A DNA stretch of 47,205 nt from an uncultured Oscillospiraceae bacterium (GTDB taxonomy: Bacteria > Bacillota > Clostridia > Oscillospirales > Oscillospiraceae), in NCBI GenBank assembly GCA_964590095.1, contig CAZPYW010000001.1, forward strand, positions 1-47,205, written 5' to 3'. How positions within the stretch are numbered: position 1 is the first letter of the stretch; each line of letters opens with the position of its first letter. The notes beneath the pieces are model-generated. The model was not told where the DNA came from. It saw only the letters and a list, made by a program, of their open reading frames with translations, and made no database searches. Positions 15,374 through 25,821 of the stretch are shown in pieces. The position numbers and the translations under genes were made by a program.

Positions 15374-16631
15374 GAAGAACAAGCTGTTCGCGCTGATCGT
15401 GTCGCTTGTCGCGGCAGTTGCGCTGTGGCTGTACGTTGTTACGGTCGTCAATCCCGACGGTGTGCGCGTCATCTCCGGTATTCCGGTCACGTTTTCCGGA
15501 CAGGAGGTTCTGCGTGAGGATCAGAGCCTTTTGATCACCGATGGCGATGAGCAGACCGTCAGCGCCACGTTCTACGGCAAAAACGCCGACCTTAACAAGC
15601 TGCTGCAAAGCCAGGATGAGCTTTCGGCGGTTGTCGATGTGACCAAGGTGCGCACCGACAAGACGTATTCCATGAATTATGACATCCAGCTGCCAAACGG
15701 CATTCAGGAGTCTGCCATTACCGTCAGCGACCGCACGCCGAACAAGATCTCTTTCACGGTACAGAAGCTGGTGCGCCGCGCCGTTGAGGTAACGGGCGAT
15801 TTTTCCGGCGTCAGCATTGCCGAGGGCTATATGCTGGAAAAGTCCAGCTTTGACTATGAAACGGTTCTGGTCGAGGGGCCGGAGTCGGTGGTCAACACCA
15901 TTGCCTCGGCACAGGTCAGCATGAACCGGAGCAATCTGGAAAAAAGCGTGACCGAGTCGGTTGCGTTTACGCTGATCGATCAGGACGGCAAGCCGGTTGA
16001 CACCTCGGATCTCTCGACGGATATTGAGGAGATCGAGGTCAAGCTGAGCGTGGTCAAGTATAAGGATGTTCCGCTGGATATTGAGCTGATCGACGGCGGC
16101 GGCGCGACGAGCAAGGATGTCAAGTACACCATCGAGCCGTCCAATATCACGCTTTCCGGCGATGCAACGGTGCTGGATGGCATCAATAAGATCGTCCTTG
16201 GGACAGTCGATCTGGCCGATATGCTCAGCAATAAGGATGTCATTTCTCTGCCGATCATCATTCCCAACGACGCAAAGAATGTCACCGGCGTTGAGGAGGC
16301 CTCTGTCACGGTTGAGATCCGCAACAAGCAGACGGCTGTGCTGCGTATCGAGAAGTCGAGCTTTGCCTTTATTAACCTCCCCGAGGGACTTGAGGCAACG
16401 CCTGTCACACAGCAGCTTCAGGTCACCATCCGCGCATCTGAAAAAGAGATCGCAAAGATCACGACCAGCAACATCCGCGTTGTGGCCGATATGACAAACT
16501 ATACCGCCGTCGGTACACATACGGTGGATGAGGTCACGGTCTATATCGACGGCTACCCCGACGCGGGCGTAGCGGGCGCGTATTCCATTGTGGTGTCGCT
16601 GGCTGAGCCAAGCGAAGAGGAAGAAAACTGA
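15360..16631 (+). CDS. cdaR: CdaR/YbbR-like regulator of CdaA
   Basis: 423 aa; N-terminal anchor SLVAAVALWLYV, repeated YbbR-like beta domains; overlaps the cdaA end. Confidence 0.85.
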   Translation: MKKSKKNKLFALIVSLVAAVALWLYVVTVVNPDGVRVISGIPVTFSGQEVLREDQSLLITDGDEQTVSATFYGKNADLNKLLQSQDELSAVVDVTKVRTDKTYSMNYDIQLPNGIQESAITVSDRTPNKISFTVQKLVRRAVEVTGDFSGVSIAEGYMLEKSSFDYETVLVEGPESVVNTIASAQVSMNRSNLEKSVTESVAFTLIDQDGKPVDTSDLSTDIEEIEVKLSVVKYKDVPLDIELIDGGGATSKDVKYTIEPSNITLSGDATVLDGINKIVLGTVDLADMLSNKDVISLPIIIPNDAKNVTGVEEASVTVEIRNKQTAVLRIEKSSFAFINLPEGLEATPVTQQLQVTIRASEKEIAKITTSNIRVVADMTNYTAVGTHTVDEVTVYIDGYPDAGVAGAYSIVVSLAEPSEEEEN

Positions 16632-16675
16632 CATCCACGCGGCACTGCCGCGCGGTAATAACGGAGGAAGCCAAC

Positions 16676-17557
16676 ATGATCAGAAGCATGACTGGATATG
16701 GCCGCGCCGTACAGACGATTGACGGGCGCGAGATCACGGCCGAGGTGCGCTCGGTCAACAACCGCTATCTTGACTGTACGGTCAAGCTGCCGCGGCTGTA
16801 TGCCTTTGCCGAGGACGCCATCAAGGGCGCGGTCAAGAGCTGTATTTCGCGCGGTAAGGTGGATGTATTTATCACCATCGCTGCCGCGGCAGCAGATACA
16901 AAGATGGAGATCTCGGTCAATCAGCCGGTGCTTGAGGGCTATCTTGCCGCCATGCGCCAGATCGTTGACCGCTATGGCGTGGGCGATGATATCACTGTCA
17001 CGGCGCTGAGCCGTCTGCCCGATGTGTTCGTGGTGCAGAAGGCCGAGGAGGACGAGGACAAGCTCAGAGAAGACCTGCTTTCGGTTGTGAACGAGGCGCT
17101 GGAAAAATACACGGCCATGCGCACGGTCGAGGGCGCAAATCTTGAGGCAGACCTCAAAAACCATGCTGCGATCATCCGTGGACTGGTGCAGCAGGTTGAG
17201 GAAAGAAGCCCCGTCACGCTGGCAGAATATCGCGCGCGTCTGACGGAAAAGATGAAAGAGACACTTGCCTCCACAACCATCGACGAGGGACGCATTTTGC
17301 AGGAGGCTGCCATCTACGCCGACCGCATTGCCGTGGATGAGGAGACCGTCCGCCTCCGCAGCCATCTGGACCAGCTTGAGTCCATGCTGAAAACCGGCGG
17401 CCCCATCGGGCGCAAGCTCGATTTCCTGCTGCAGGAGTGCAACCGCGAGGCCAACACCATCGGCTCAAAGGGCAACGATCTGCAGCAGGCGAGAACCGTG
17501 GTTGAGATCAAGGCAGAGCTGGAAAAAATCCGCGAGCAGACGCAGAACATCGAATAA
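16676..17557 (+). CDS. yicC: YicC/YloC family endoribonuclease
   Basis: 293 aa; [47 protein letters not shown]. Confidence 0.95.
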   Translation: MIRSMTGYGRAVQTIDGREITAEVRSVNNRYLDCTVKLPRLYAFAEDAIKGAVKSCISRGKVDVFITIAAAAADTKMEISVNQPVLEGYLAAMRQIVDRYGVGDDITVTALSRLPDVFVVQKAEEDEDKLREDLLSVVNEALEKYTAMRTVEGANLEADLKNHAAIIRGLVQQVEERSPVTLAEYRARLTEKMKETLASTTIDEGRILQEAAIYADRIAVDEETVRLRSHLDQLESMLKTGGPIGRKLDFLLQECNREANTIGSKGNDLQQARTVVEIKAELEKIREQTQNIE

Positions 17558-17568
17558 CGGAGGGCGCG

Positions 17569-17841
17569 ATGGAGCTTGTCAATATCGGCTTTGGAAACGC
17601 CGTTTCCGTTTCGCGGATTCTTGCGGTCATCAGCCCCGAGTCTGCGCCCATCAAGCGCGTCATTCAGGAGGCACGCGAGCGCGGAATGCTGATCGACGCG
17701 TCCTATGGCCGCCGCACGCGGTCTGTGCTGCTGATGGACACCGATCATGTGATCCTGTCCGCGGCTGCGCCCGAGTCCATTGCACAGCGTGTGGACGCTG
17801 AATTCGCGGCACAGCTGCCGTGTGAGGAGGAAGAGGCTTGA
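17569..17841 (+). CDS. remA: RemA (DUF370) regulator
   Basis: 90 aa; [28 protein letters not shown]; conserved position before gmk. Confidence 0.92.
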   Translation: MELVNIGFGNAVSVSRILAVISPESAPIKRVIQEARERGMLIDASYGRRTRSVLLMDTDHVILSAAAPESIAQRVDAEFAAQLPCEEEEA

Positions 17842-18398
17842 AAGGAAAGCTGTTTGTCATATCCGGCCCGTCCGGCGTCGGAAAAAATACCATACTCAAT
17901 CAGATCGTAGCGCGCTCTGATAATGTCCGCTACTCGATTTCCGCGACAACGCGTGCAAGGCGTCCGGATGAAATCGACGGTGAGAGCTATTACTTCATGA
18001 CGCGTGCGCAGTTTGAGCAGCTGATCGAAAGGGGAGAGCTGCTGGAATTTGCGCAGTACGTCGGCAACTACTATGGCACGCCGCTGCGCCCCATTCTTGA
18101 TGCCACCGAAAAGGGACTGGACATCGTGATGGACATCGACGTGGTCGGTGCGCTCAAGGTGCGCGAAAAGGTGCCAAATGCCGTGCTGGTGTTTATCACC
18201 GCGCCGTCGTTTGAGGAGATCGAGCGCAGATTGCAGCATCGCGGCGACGTTGACCCCGAGGCCATGCACGAACGTCTGGAGCACGCCCACTGGGAGTGTG
18301 AGCAGGCGGAAAAATATGATTACACCATCTTAAACGACGATGTGGAAAACGCCACACAAAAGCTGCTTGCCATCATGCAGGCAGAGCGTCATTCATAA
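17838..18398 (+). CDS. gmk: Guanylate kinase
   Basis: 186 aa, TTG start; [33 protein letters not shown]. Confidence 0.95.
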   Translation: MKGKLFVISGPSGVGKNTILNQIVARSDNVRYSISATTRARRPDEIDGESYYFMTRAQFEQLIERGELLEFAQYVGNYYGTPLRPILDATEKGLDIVMDIDVVGALKVREKVPNAVLVFITAPSFEEIERRLQHRGDVDPEAMHERLEHAHWECEQAEKYDYTILNDDVENATQKLLAIMQAERHS

Positions 18399-18434
18399 AA
18401 CCGTGGAACCCCACTTACATCAGGAGGAATATAC

Positions 18435-18641
18435 ATGCTTTATCCCGCAATGTCCGATCTTTTGAAGAACGTAAACAGCCGCTATCTGCTGGTCAATGTG
18501 ATCGCGCGCCGCGCGCGGCAGATCTCCATCGAGGCCGAGCTGAACCATGAGCCGCTTGAGGACAAGCCTGTCACCATCGCCATCCGCGAGGTCGCTGACG
18601 GCAAGCTCAAGGCGCAGCTTAAGGAAGCATACGAGAACTGA
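18435..18641 (+). CDS. rpoZ: RNA polymerase omega subunit
   Basis: 68 aa; MLYP..LL..VNSRYLLV..IARRARQI, KPVTIAI.E. Confidence 0.95.
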   Translation: MLYPAMSDLLKNVNSRYLLVNVIARRARQISIEAELNHEPLEDKPVTIAIREVADGKLKAQLKEAYEN

Positions 18642-18655
18642 GCGTATCAGTCGAT

Positions 18656-18687
18656 CAGGGCGCAGGCAGAACACTGCCTACGCCTTG
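18656..18687 (+). other. Intercistronic stem-loop after rpoZ
   Basis: CAGGGCGCAGGCAG-AACA-CTGCCTACGCCTTG, imperfect stem without an immediate T-tract. Confidence 0.5.
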
Positions 18688-18712
18688 TGCAATTTTGACA
18701 GGAGGAGCAGCT

Positions 18713-21163
18713 ATGACCGCAGGCGTTGCCGTTTCGGCCGCAGTATTTGCAATCGATAAGCCGTACTCCTATAAAATTCCTGCCGGAATGCACGTCGAGG
18801 CCGGTATGCGCGTCATGGTGCCCTTTGGGCGCGGCAACCGCCGGTGTGAGGGCTTCGTTTTGCAGACCGGTGTTGGCGATGACGCGTCGCTCAAGCCGAT
18901 CGAGCGCGTTCTGGACGAAAGCCCCGTCCTGGACGAGAAACAGCTGCGTTTGGCGGCCTTTATTCGCGAGCGCTGCTTCTGCACGTTTTATGAGGCTGCG
19001 CGTTCGATTTTGCCCGCGGGACTCTGGTTTCGCGCAACCGAGGTCTATGCGCTCTCACCCTCGGCCGGCGACTGGCAGGAGGCGCTTGCAGGGCGCGAAA
19101 CGGCGCTGCGCGTGATGCAGCTGCTGCACGATCTGGGCGGAAGCGCAGAGCTTCCCGCGCTGCGCGAGCATATCGCGGATACGCAGGAGCTTTCGGCGGC
19201 GCTGAAATACCTGTCCGGTAAAAAACTGATTACCTCCAATCTGGATCTTGCGCAGCGCGCCGGAAGTAAGACCGAGCGCATTGCCGCCCTGTGCGTCAGC
19301 GCCGAGGAGGCTGAGGCCTATGCCGCGCGCAAGCAGCGCACCGCGCCGCTTCAGCGGGCGGTACTCACGCTTCTGTGTTCGGTCGAGTCTGCGTCCTGCC
19401 GCGAGATCTGCACGCTGACCGGTGCGTCAATGGTGACGCTGCGGCGGCTGGAAACGGTAGGGCTGCTGCGTATTTCCGAGCGCGAGGTCTTTCGCTCACC
19501 GGTGCAGCCGACATTTGCCCCGCCCGAGCCGCCGCCCGTGCTCTCCGCGGAGCAGGAAGGCGTCTATCGGGGACTGCATGCGCAGCTGTGCGCAGAGAAA
19601 AGCGCCACGGCGCTGCTCTATGGCGTGACAGGGAGCGGCAAGACCGCCGTCTATATCCGTCTGATTCGCGACGCGCTGGATATGGGAAAATCGGCTGTTC
19701 TGCTGGTGCCGGAGATTGCGCTGACGCCGCAGCTGCTGCGCAAGCTGACGGCGCACTTTGGAAGTGAGGTCGCCCTGCTCCACAGCTCGCTTCGCGTGGG
19801 AGAGCGCTACGATGAATGGCGGCGCGTGCGCGAGGGAAAAGCGCATGTTGTGGTCGGTACGCGCTCGGCTGTCTTTGCGCCTGTCCAGAATGCCGGTATT
19901 TATATCGTCGATGAGGAACAGGAGCACACCTATAAATCTGAGAATAACCCCCGCTATCATGCGCGTGAGGTCGCCATCTTCCGCGGCGTACAGGATGGCG
20001 CGCTGGTGCTGCTTGGCTCGGCCACGCCGTCAATTGAAAGCATGTATCAGGCGAAAAATGGGGTATATACGCTTTACACCATGAAGCAGCGCTATAACGG
20101 CAAGGCGCTTCCATGTGCTACGCTGGTTGACATGCGGCAGGAGCTCAAAAACGGAAACGTCACCTCGATCAGCGCCCCGCTGGAAGAGCGCACGCGCGAT
20201 AATCTGCTGGAAGGACGGCAGTCCATCTACTTTCTTAATCGGCGCGGCAACAGCCGGTATCTGGTCTGTGTTGAATGCGGCGAAGCACCCGAGTGTCCCA
20301 GATGCAGCGTGCATCTGACTTACCACTCGGCAAACCGCCGGATGATGTGCCACTATTGCGGCTATTCAAAGCCGGTTCCGGTGCGCTGCGGAAAATGCGG
20401 CGGCCCACTCAAGCAGGTGGGGACCGGTACGCAGAAGGTCGAGGAGGAGCTTGCTGCGATTTTCCCCGATACACGCGTGCTGCGCATGGATGCCGACACC
20501 GTTTCGGCGGCAAACAGCCACGAGGCCATCTTAAACCGCTTTGCCAAAGAGCGTGTGCCCATTTTGCTGGGGACACAGATGGTCGCAAAGGGGCTTGATT
20601 TTGAAAACGTCACGCTGGTTGGCGTAATTGACGCAGACATGTCGCTCTATGTGGACAATTTCCGCGCAGCAGAGACAACGTTCTCGCTGCTCACGCAGGT
20701 GGTTGGCCGCGCGGGACGCGGCGGTGCTGCGGGCGCGGCGCTTATCCAGACGATGAACCCCGAGCATCCCGTGCTGCGTCTGGCGGCCGAGCAGAATTAT
20801 GACGCGTTTTACGATCTGGAAATCGCCATTCGACAGATGCGGCGCTTCCCGCCGTATTCCGATCTGTTCCTGCTCAGCTTTTCCGGTGTGCAGGAGGATC
20901 TGGTCATGCGCGCGGCGGCGCGTTTCCGCGCGGCGCTGCAATGCAGTCTGGATAAAAGCGAGGAGCTGACAGACGCGCTTCTCCTTGGCCCCGCGCCTGC
21001 GCCTGTGGTCAAGGTCAACTATACCTACCGCTATCGCCTGACGCTTTCCTGCAAAAACTCGCGGCAGGTGCGGCAGCTGCTTTCCTATCATCTGCGGGAA
21101 TTTGCCCGCGACAAACAAAACCGCGGCGTCAGCGTGTTTGCCGACGTCAACGCATATGATTAG
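18713..21163 (+). CDS. priA: Primosomal protein N' (replication restart helicase)
   Basis: 816 aa; GVTGSGKT, VPEIALTPQ, DEEQE, GSATPS, four CxxC zinc knuckles, GTQMVAKGLDF, QVVGRAGR. Confidence 0.96.
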   Translation: MTAGVAVSAAVFAIDKPYSYKIPAGMHVEAGMRVMVPFGRGNRRCEGFVLQTGVGDDASLKPIERVLDESPVLDEKQLRLAAFIRERCFCTFYEAARSILPAGLWFRATEVYALSPSAGDWQEALAGRETALRVMQLLHDLGGSAELPALREHIADTQELSAALKYLSGKKLITSNLDLAQRAGSKTERIAALCVSAEEAEAYAARKQRTAPLQRAVLTLLCSVESASCREICTLTGASMVTLRRLETVGLLRISEREVFRSPVQPTFAPPEPPPVLSAEQEGVYRGLHAQLCAEKSATALLYGVTGSGKTAVYIRLIRDALDMGKSAVLLVPEIALTPQLLRKLTAHFGSEVALLHSSLRVGERYDEWRRVREGKAHVVVGTRSAVFAPVQNAGIYIVDEEQEHTYKSENNPRYHAREVAIFRGVQDGALVLLGSATPSIESMYQAKNGVYTLYTMKQRYNGKALPCATLVDMRQELKNGNVTSISAPLEERTRDNLLEGRQSIYFLNRRGNSRYLVCVECGEAPECPRCSVHLTYHSANRRMMCHYCGYSKPVPVRCGKCGGPLKQVGTGTQKVEEELAAIFPDTRVLRMDADTVSAANSHEAILNRFAKERVPILLGTQMVAKGLDFENVTLVGVIDADMSLYVDNFRAAETTFSLLTQVVGRAGRGGAAGAALIQTMNPEHPVLRLAAEQNYDAFYDLEIAIRQMRRFPPYSDLFLLSFSGVQEDLVMRAAARFRAALQCSLDKSEELTDALLLGPAPAPVVKVNYTYRYRLTLSCKNSRQVRQLLSYHLREFARDKQNRGVSVFADVNAYD

Positions 21164-21183
21164 TACGATTAGGAGGATGCCAT

Positions 21184-21702
21184 ATGGCTTTGAGAAATAT
21201 CGTTACCGTCCCCGATCCCGTTTTGAATAAGAAGTGCCGTCCGGTCGTCCGCTTTGATGAGCGGCTTGGCGTTTTGATCGATGACATGATCGAGACCATG
21301 CACCGTGCAAACGGCGTCGGCCTTGCCGCGCCGCAGGTCGGCGTTCTGCGCCGCATCGTCGTGGTGGACACGGGCGAGGAGGATCTGGAGCTGGTCAACC
21401 CCGAGATCATCGAGCTGGGCGAGGAAACGCAGACCGGTATCGAGGGCTGTCTGAGCGTACCGGAACGGTATGGCATCGTCACACGCCCCAACTTTGCCCG
21501 CGTCCGCGCGCAGGACAGATACGGCGACTGGTATGAGTATGAGGGCGAGGAGCTGATCGCGCGCTGCTTCTGCCACGAGATCGACCATCTGGACGGCCAC
21601 ATCTATACGGAGATCGCCGAGCGGATGCTGAGTCCCGAGGAGCTGGCCGAGATTGCGCGCGAGGCTGCCGAGGAAGATCCGGAAAGCGTGGAGATCGAAT
21701 GA
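21184..21702 (+). CDS. def: Peptide deformylase
   Basis: 172 aa; GVGLAAPQ, EGCLS, HEIDH. Confidence 0.96.
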   Translation: MALRNIVTVPDPVLNKKCRPVVRFDERLGVLIDDMIETMHRANGVGLAAPQVGVLRRIVVVDTGEEDLELVNPEIIELGEETQTGIEGCLSVPERYGIVTRPNFARVRAQDRYGDWYEYEGEELIARCFCHEIDHLDGHIYTEIAERMLSPEELAEIAREAAEEDPESVEIE

Positions 21703-22625
21703 GAATTGTCTATATGGGGACGCCTGCCATTGCACAGGTCTGTCTGAAAAGTCTGTATGAAAGCGGCTTTGAGATCGCCGCTGTCTATACCAAGCCCGAC
21801 GTGCCCAAAAACCGCGGCATGAAGCTGGCGCAGTCCGAGGTCAAGGAATATGCGCTTTCTGTGGGGCTTCCGGTCATTCAGCCCGAAAGCTTTCGGGAGG
21901 AAAGCGTGGTCGAGGAGCTGCGCGCGCTTGCGCCGGAGCTGATCGTGGTCGTGGCCTATGGTAAAATTCTGCCGCAGTGCGTGCTGGACATTCCAAAGCA
22001 CGGCTGCATCAACATGCACGCGAGCGTTTTGCCGCTGCTGCGCGGCGCAGCGCCGGTACAGCGCGCAATCCTTGAGCATTTTACGGAAACCGGCGTGACA
22101 GCCATGTATCTGTCTGCCGGCATGGACGAGGGTGACATCATTGACGTCCGGAAAACGCCGATTCAGCCGGATGAGACCTCCGGTGAGCTGATGGAGCGCC
22201 TGTCATATATTGCGGCAGAGCTCGCCTGTGACACGGTGCGCGCCATTGAGGCGGGAACCGCCACGCGCACGCCGCAGGATCCTGAACGCGCGACCTATGC
22301 TGCCATGCTGGATAAGCGCCTTTCACCCATTGACTGGAATATGGGCGCGCGCGATATCATCGATCAGGTGCGCGGTCTGGTGCCGTGGCCGGTGGCAACG
22401 GCCGTGCTGGGCGGCAAAACGTGTAAGATCTTTCAGGTTGAGCAGCTGGATGAGACGACCGATGCCGCGGCCGGTACGCCGCTTCGGCTGGATAAGCGCG
22501 GGCTTTGCATCGCGTGCGGCGGGGGAGCGGTGCTTCGCATCCTTTCGCTTCAGGCCGAGGGCGGCAAGCGCATGGCGGCGGCAGATTACTTCCGCGGCCA
22601 TCCGATCACGCTGGGTGCGCAATGA
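21699..22625 (+). CDS. fmt: Methionyl-tRNA formyltransferase
   Basis: 308 aa; MRIVYMGTP, VVAYGKIL, INMHASVLP..RGAAP, MDEGD. Confidence 0.96.
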   Translation: MRIVYMGTPAIAQVCLKSLYESGFEIAAVYTKPDVPKNRGMKLAQSEVKEYALSVGLPVIQPESFREESVVEELRALAPELIVVVAYGKILPQCVLDIPKHGCINMHASVLPLLRGAAPVQRAILEHFTETGVTAMYLSAGMDEGDIIDVRKTPIQPDETSGELMERLSYIAAELACDTVRAIEAGTATRTPQDPERATYAAMLDKRLSPIDWNMGARDIIDQVRGLVPWPVATAVLGGKTCKIFQVEQLDETTDAAAGTPLRLDKRGLCIACGGGAVLRILSLQAEGGKRMAAADYFRGHPITLGAQ

Positions 22626-23926
22626 ACGCGCGCAGGACTGCGCTTTCGGCGCTGATCGCAACGCGCCGTCAGGACGCATGGTCTGACGGCATTTTGAAGC
22701 AGTATATTGCGCGCGACGGACTTGACCGGCGCGACGCGGCCTTTTGCAGCAGCCTTTGCTATGGCGTGCTGCAAAACCGGATGCTGCTGGATTTCTATCT
22801 TTCGCATTTTCTGCGCTGCAAGCTGCGTGAGCTGCAGCCGGTCGTGCTGGACATTTTGCGCCTTGGCGCATATCAGCTTGCGTTTCTTGACCGCGTGCCG
22901 GCCTCTGCCGCTGTCAATGAGGCGGTTGAGCAGTGCAAGACCTATGCCAACCGCAGCGCAGCCGGTCTGGTAAACGGCGTTCTGCGCGCAATGGCGCGCG
23001 CGGAAAAGCTGCCCGAGCCGACTGATCTGGCTACCAGATACAGCCATCCGGATGCGCTTGTCGCGCTTTTGCGCGAGAGCGTGGGGGATGCGCTGCTTGA
23101 GCCGCTGCTGCAAAGCGACAACGCCCCCGCGCCCACCACGCTTCAGCTCAATCCGCTGTTTGACGGACAGGAGGACACGCTGCGCGAGCTGCGTGAGGCA
23201 GATGTGTCGCTGACGCCGCATCCGTGGCTTACGGGCTGCTACCTTGCAAAGGGAACGGGCGATTTGACACGGCTTCCGGCCTTTTCCAGCGGACGCGTCT
23301 TTGTACAGGATGCGGCGGCGCGGCTTGCGGCGATGGCCGCCGGTCTTGATGCCGGAATGCACGTTCTGGACGCGTGCGCCGCACCCGGCGGCAAGAGCTT
23401 TGCCGCCGCGATGCAGATGCACAATCAGGGGAGCATTCTCTCATGCGATATCCACGCGCACAAGCTCCAGCTGATCGAAAAGGGCGCAGAGCGCCTGGGA
23501 ATTGGCTGCATCACCACGCGCCTGCAAAGCGCCAGTGTGCGCGATGACGCGCTTGTTGGCGCATTTGACGCGGTCATTGCGGATGTGCCGTGCTCGGGGC
23601 TGGGCGTCATTCGAAAAAAGCCCGATATCCGGTATAAGGAGCTTGCGCAGACGGAAAAGCTTCCTGCGCTGCAGGGTGCAATTCTGGACAATGTCTGTGA
23701 CTATGTCCGTGTGGGCGGCGTGCTCCTCTACAGCACGTGTACCATTTTGCGGCGCGAAAATCAGGATGTTGCGCACGCATTTCTCGCGCGCCACCCCAAT
23801 TTCCGGCTTGAGCCGTTTGCGGTTCCCGCCGGTGCGGAGCTGGAAAACGACGGGATGCTGACGCTGCTGCCCTGCGTCCACGATACAGACGGGTTCTTTA
23901 TCTGTAAAATGAGGAGAATTTCATGA
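22622..23926 (+). CDS. rsmB: 16S rRNA m5C967 methyltransferase
   Basis: 434 aa; NusB-like N-terminus, DACAAPGGKS, DVPCSGLG, YSTCT, DGFF; ATGA overlap with fmt. Confidence 0.95.
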   Translation: MNARRTALSALIATRRQDAWSDGILKQYIARDGLDRRDAAFCSSLCYGVLQNRMLLDFYLSHFLRCKLRELQPVVLDILRLGAYQLAFLDRVPASAAVNEAVEQCKTYANRSAAGLVNGVLRAMARAEKLPEPTDLATRYSHPDALVALLRESVGDALLEPLLQSDNAPAPTTLQLNPLFDGQEDTLRELREADVSLTPHPWLTGCYLAKGTGDLTRLPAFSSGRVFVQDAAARLAAMAAGLDAGMHVLDACAAPGGKSFAAAMQMHNQGSILSCDIHAHKLQLIEKGAERLGIGCITTRLQSASVRDDALVGAFDAVIADVPCSGLGVIRKKPDIRYKELAQTEKLPALQGAILDNVCDYVRVGGVLLYSTCTILRRENQDVAHAFLARHPNFRLEPFAVPAGAELENDGMLTLLPCVHDTDGFFICKMRRIS

Positions 23927-24963
23927 AGCAGGATCTCAAATCCATGACACTTGCGCAGATGCAGCAGGCGTTTGGCGCGCTGGGCGAGCCGAAGTTCCGC
24001 GCAAAGCAGGTCTTTACGTGGCTGCATCGTGGGGGCGAGTCATTCGATGAGATGACAGACCTTTCGCTTGCGCTGCGCAAAAAGCTGGATGAGACATACT
24101 ACATCACCGTTCCAAAGGCTGTGCGCGTACAGCGCTCACAGAAGGACGGGACGATCAAGTACCTCTGGCGGCTGCGTGACGGAAACTGTGTCGAGTCCGT
24201 CCTGATGCAGTATCACCACGGAAACACCATCTGCATTTCCTCCGAGGTCGGCTGCCCGATGGGCTGTAAATTCTGCGCCTCCACACTTGGCGGGCTGGTG
24301 CGGCGGCTTGCGCCGTCTGAGCTGCTTGATCAGGTACTGTTTACGCAGAAGGATTCCGGTCTGCCGATCTCGAATATCGTCCTGATGGGCATTGGTGAGC
24401 CGCTTGACAATTTTGACAACGTCATGCAGTTTCTTGAGCTGGTCAACAGCCCGAACGGCATGAACATCGGTATGCGCCACATCAGTCTGTCGACCTGTGG
24501 CCTTGTGGACAAGATTCGGCTTCTGGCCGAGCGAAAGCTTCAGCTGACGCTTTCCGTGTCGCTGCATTCGCCGGATGATGAAAGCCGCAGCCAGATCATG
24601 CCGGTCAACCGCCGGTGGAATGTTGACACGCTTTTGGACGCGTGCCGCGATTACTTTACGATCACGGGGCGGCGCGTCTCGTTTGAGTATACCATGATCG
24701 ACGGCGTCAGCGATACGCCGCAGCAGGCGGAGCTTCTGGCCAGAAAGCTTCACGGCATGGCGGCGCATGTCAACATGATTCCGCTGAACAGCGTGGAGGA
24801 GAGCGGCCTTAAATGCAGCTCGCGACAGGCAATCATGCAGTTTCAGCGGATTCTTGAGGAAAACGGCGTGACGGCCACCGTCCGCCGTACACTGGGAAGC
24901 GATATTGACGCCTCGTGCGGTCAGCTTCGCAGAAAGTACGAAAAAACTGGTGGGGAGGCGTAA
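23923..24963 (+). CDS. rlmN: 23S rRNA/tRNA m2A methyltransferase (radical SAM)
   Basis: 346 aa; DGTIKYL, CPMGCKFC, MGIGEPL, DIDASCGQL. Confidence 0.96.
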   Translation: MKQDLKSMTLAQMQQAFGALGEPKFRAKQVFTWLHRGGESFDEMTDLSLALRKKLDETYYITVPKAVRVQRSQKDGTIKYLWRLRDGNCVESVLMQYHHGNTICISSEVGCPMGCKFCASTLGGLVRRLAPSELLDQVLFTQKDSGLPISNIVLMGIGEPLDNFDNVMQFLELVNSPNGMNIGMRHISLSTCGLVDKIRLLAERKLQLTLSVSLHSPDDESRSQIMPVNRRWNVDTLLDACRDYFTITGRRVSFEYTMIDGVSDTPQQAELLARKLHGMAAHVNMIPLNSVEESGLKCSSRQAIMQFQRILEENGVTATVRRTLGSDIDASCGQLRRKYEKTGGEA

Positions 24964-24965
24964 GC

Positions 24966-25697
24966 ATGCAGCTTTGGGGTATGACGGACGCGGGCAATCT
25001 GCGCCCACAGAACCAGGACGCCTATGCGCTGGTCAGTCTGGGTCACGACCGCGCGCTGATGGTCGTCTGCGACGGCATGGGCGGGGCAAAGTCCGGCAAT
25101 GTCGCCAGCAATATGGCCATTGACGTCTTTGTCGGAGAGATCAGACGGTCACAGAAGCTGGCTGTCAATCCGGAGCGCGCGGAAAAAATCCTGCGCGCGG
25201 CGCTTGAGCTTGCCAATAAGGCTGTGTTTGAGCAGTCACAGCTTGGCGAGGAGTACAGCGGCATGGGAACAACGCTGGTTGCCGCGCTGATTCTGAAAAA
25301 CACGGCTGTGATCATCAATGTCGGTGACAGCCGCGCCTATCACTTCACGCCGACCGGTGTGAAGCTGGTGACGCGCGACCATTCCATCGTGGAGATGATG
25401 GTACAGCGCGGCGAGCTGACACGCGAGCAGGCAAAATCCTACCCCGGGAAAAATCTGATTACCCGCGCCGTCGGCACCGAGCCCGAGGTCGAGGCAGATG
25501 TATTTGTGCAGGAGCTGCGGCGTGATGACTGCCTGCTGCTGTGCAGCGACGGGCTTTCCAACGAGATGGCCGATCAGGAGATGCTCTTCGAGGTGGCGCA
25601 CGGCGTGCGCAGGAGCGACTGCTGCCAGCGGCTTTTGAACATTGCAAAAACACGCGGCGCGCCGGACAACGTCACGGTGACACTGGCTGCGTTCTAG
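24966..25697 (+). CDS. stp: PP2C-type Ser/Thr phosphatase (Stp1/PrpC)
   Basis: 243 aa; R..NQD, VCDGMGG, GMGTT, NVGDSRAY, CSDGL, PDNVT. Confidence 0.93.
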   Translation: MQLWGMTDAGNLRPQNQDAYALVSLGHDRALMVVCDGMGGAKSGNVASNMAIDVFVGEIRRSQKLAVNPERAEKILRAALELANKAVFEQSQLGEEYSGMGTTLVAALILKNTAVIINVGDSRAYHFTPTGVKLVTRDHSIVEMMVQRGELTREQAKSYPGKNLITRAVGTEPEVEADVFVQELRRDDCLLLCSDGLSNEMADQEMLFEVAHGVRRSDCCQRLLNIAKTRGAPDNVTVTLAAF

Positions 25698-25700
25698 ATG

Positions 25701-25799
25701 GCGGGCCATACGGCTCGCAGCTCTCAGGCCGCGCGCGGCGCGGCAGCCGAAAACGTTTCTGCTGCGCAGAAACCGGCGGGCGTCAGCCGCATGTGACGC
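25701..25799. other. Cluster of four short hairpins between stp and pknB
   Basis: GCGGGCC-ATAC-GGCTCGC; GCCGCGC-GCG-GCGCGGC; GTTTCTGC-TGC-GCAGAAAC; GCGTCA-8 nt-TGACGC. Confidence 0.5.
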
Positions 25800-25821
25800 A
25801 ATAAGACGAAAGGAGCTTCTT

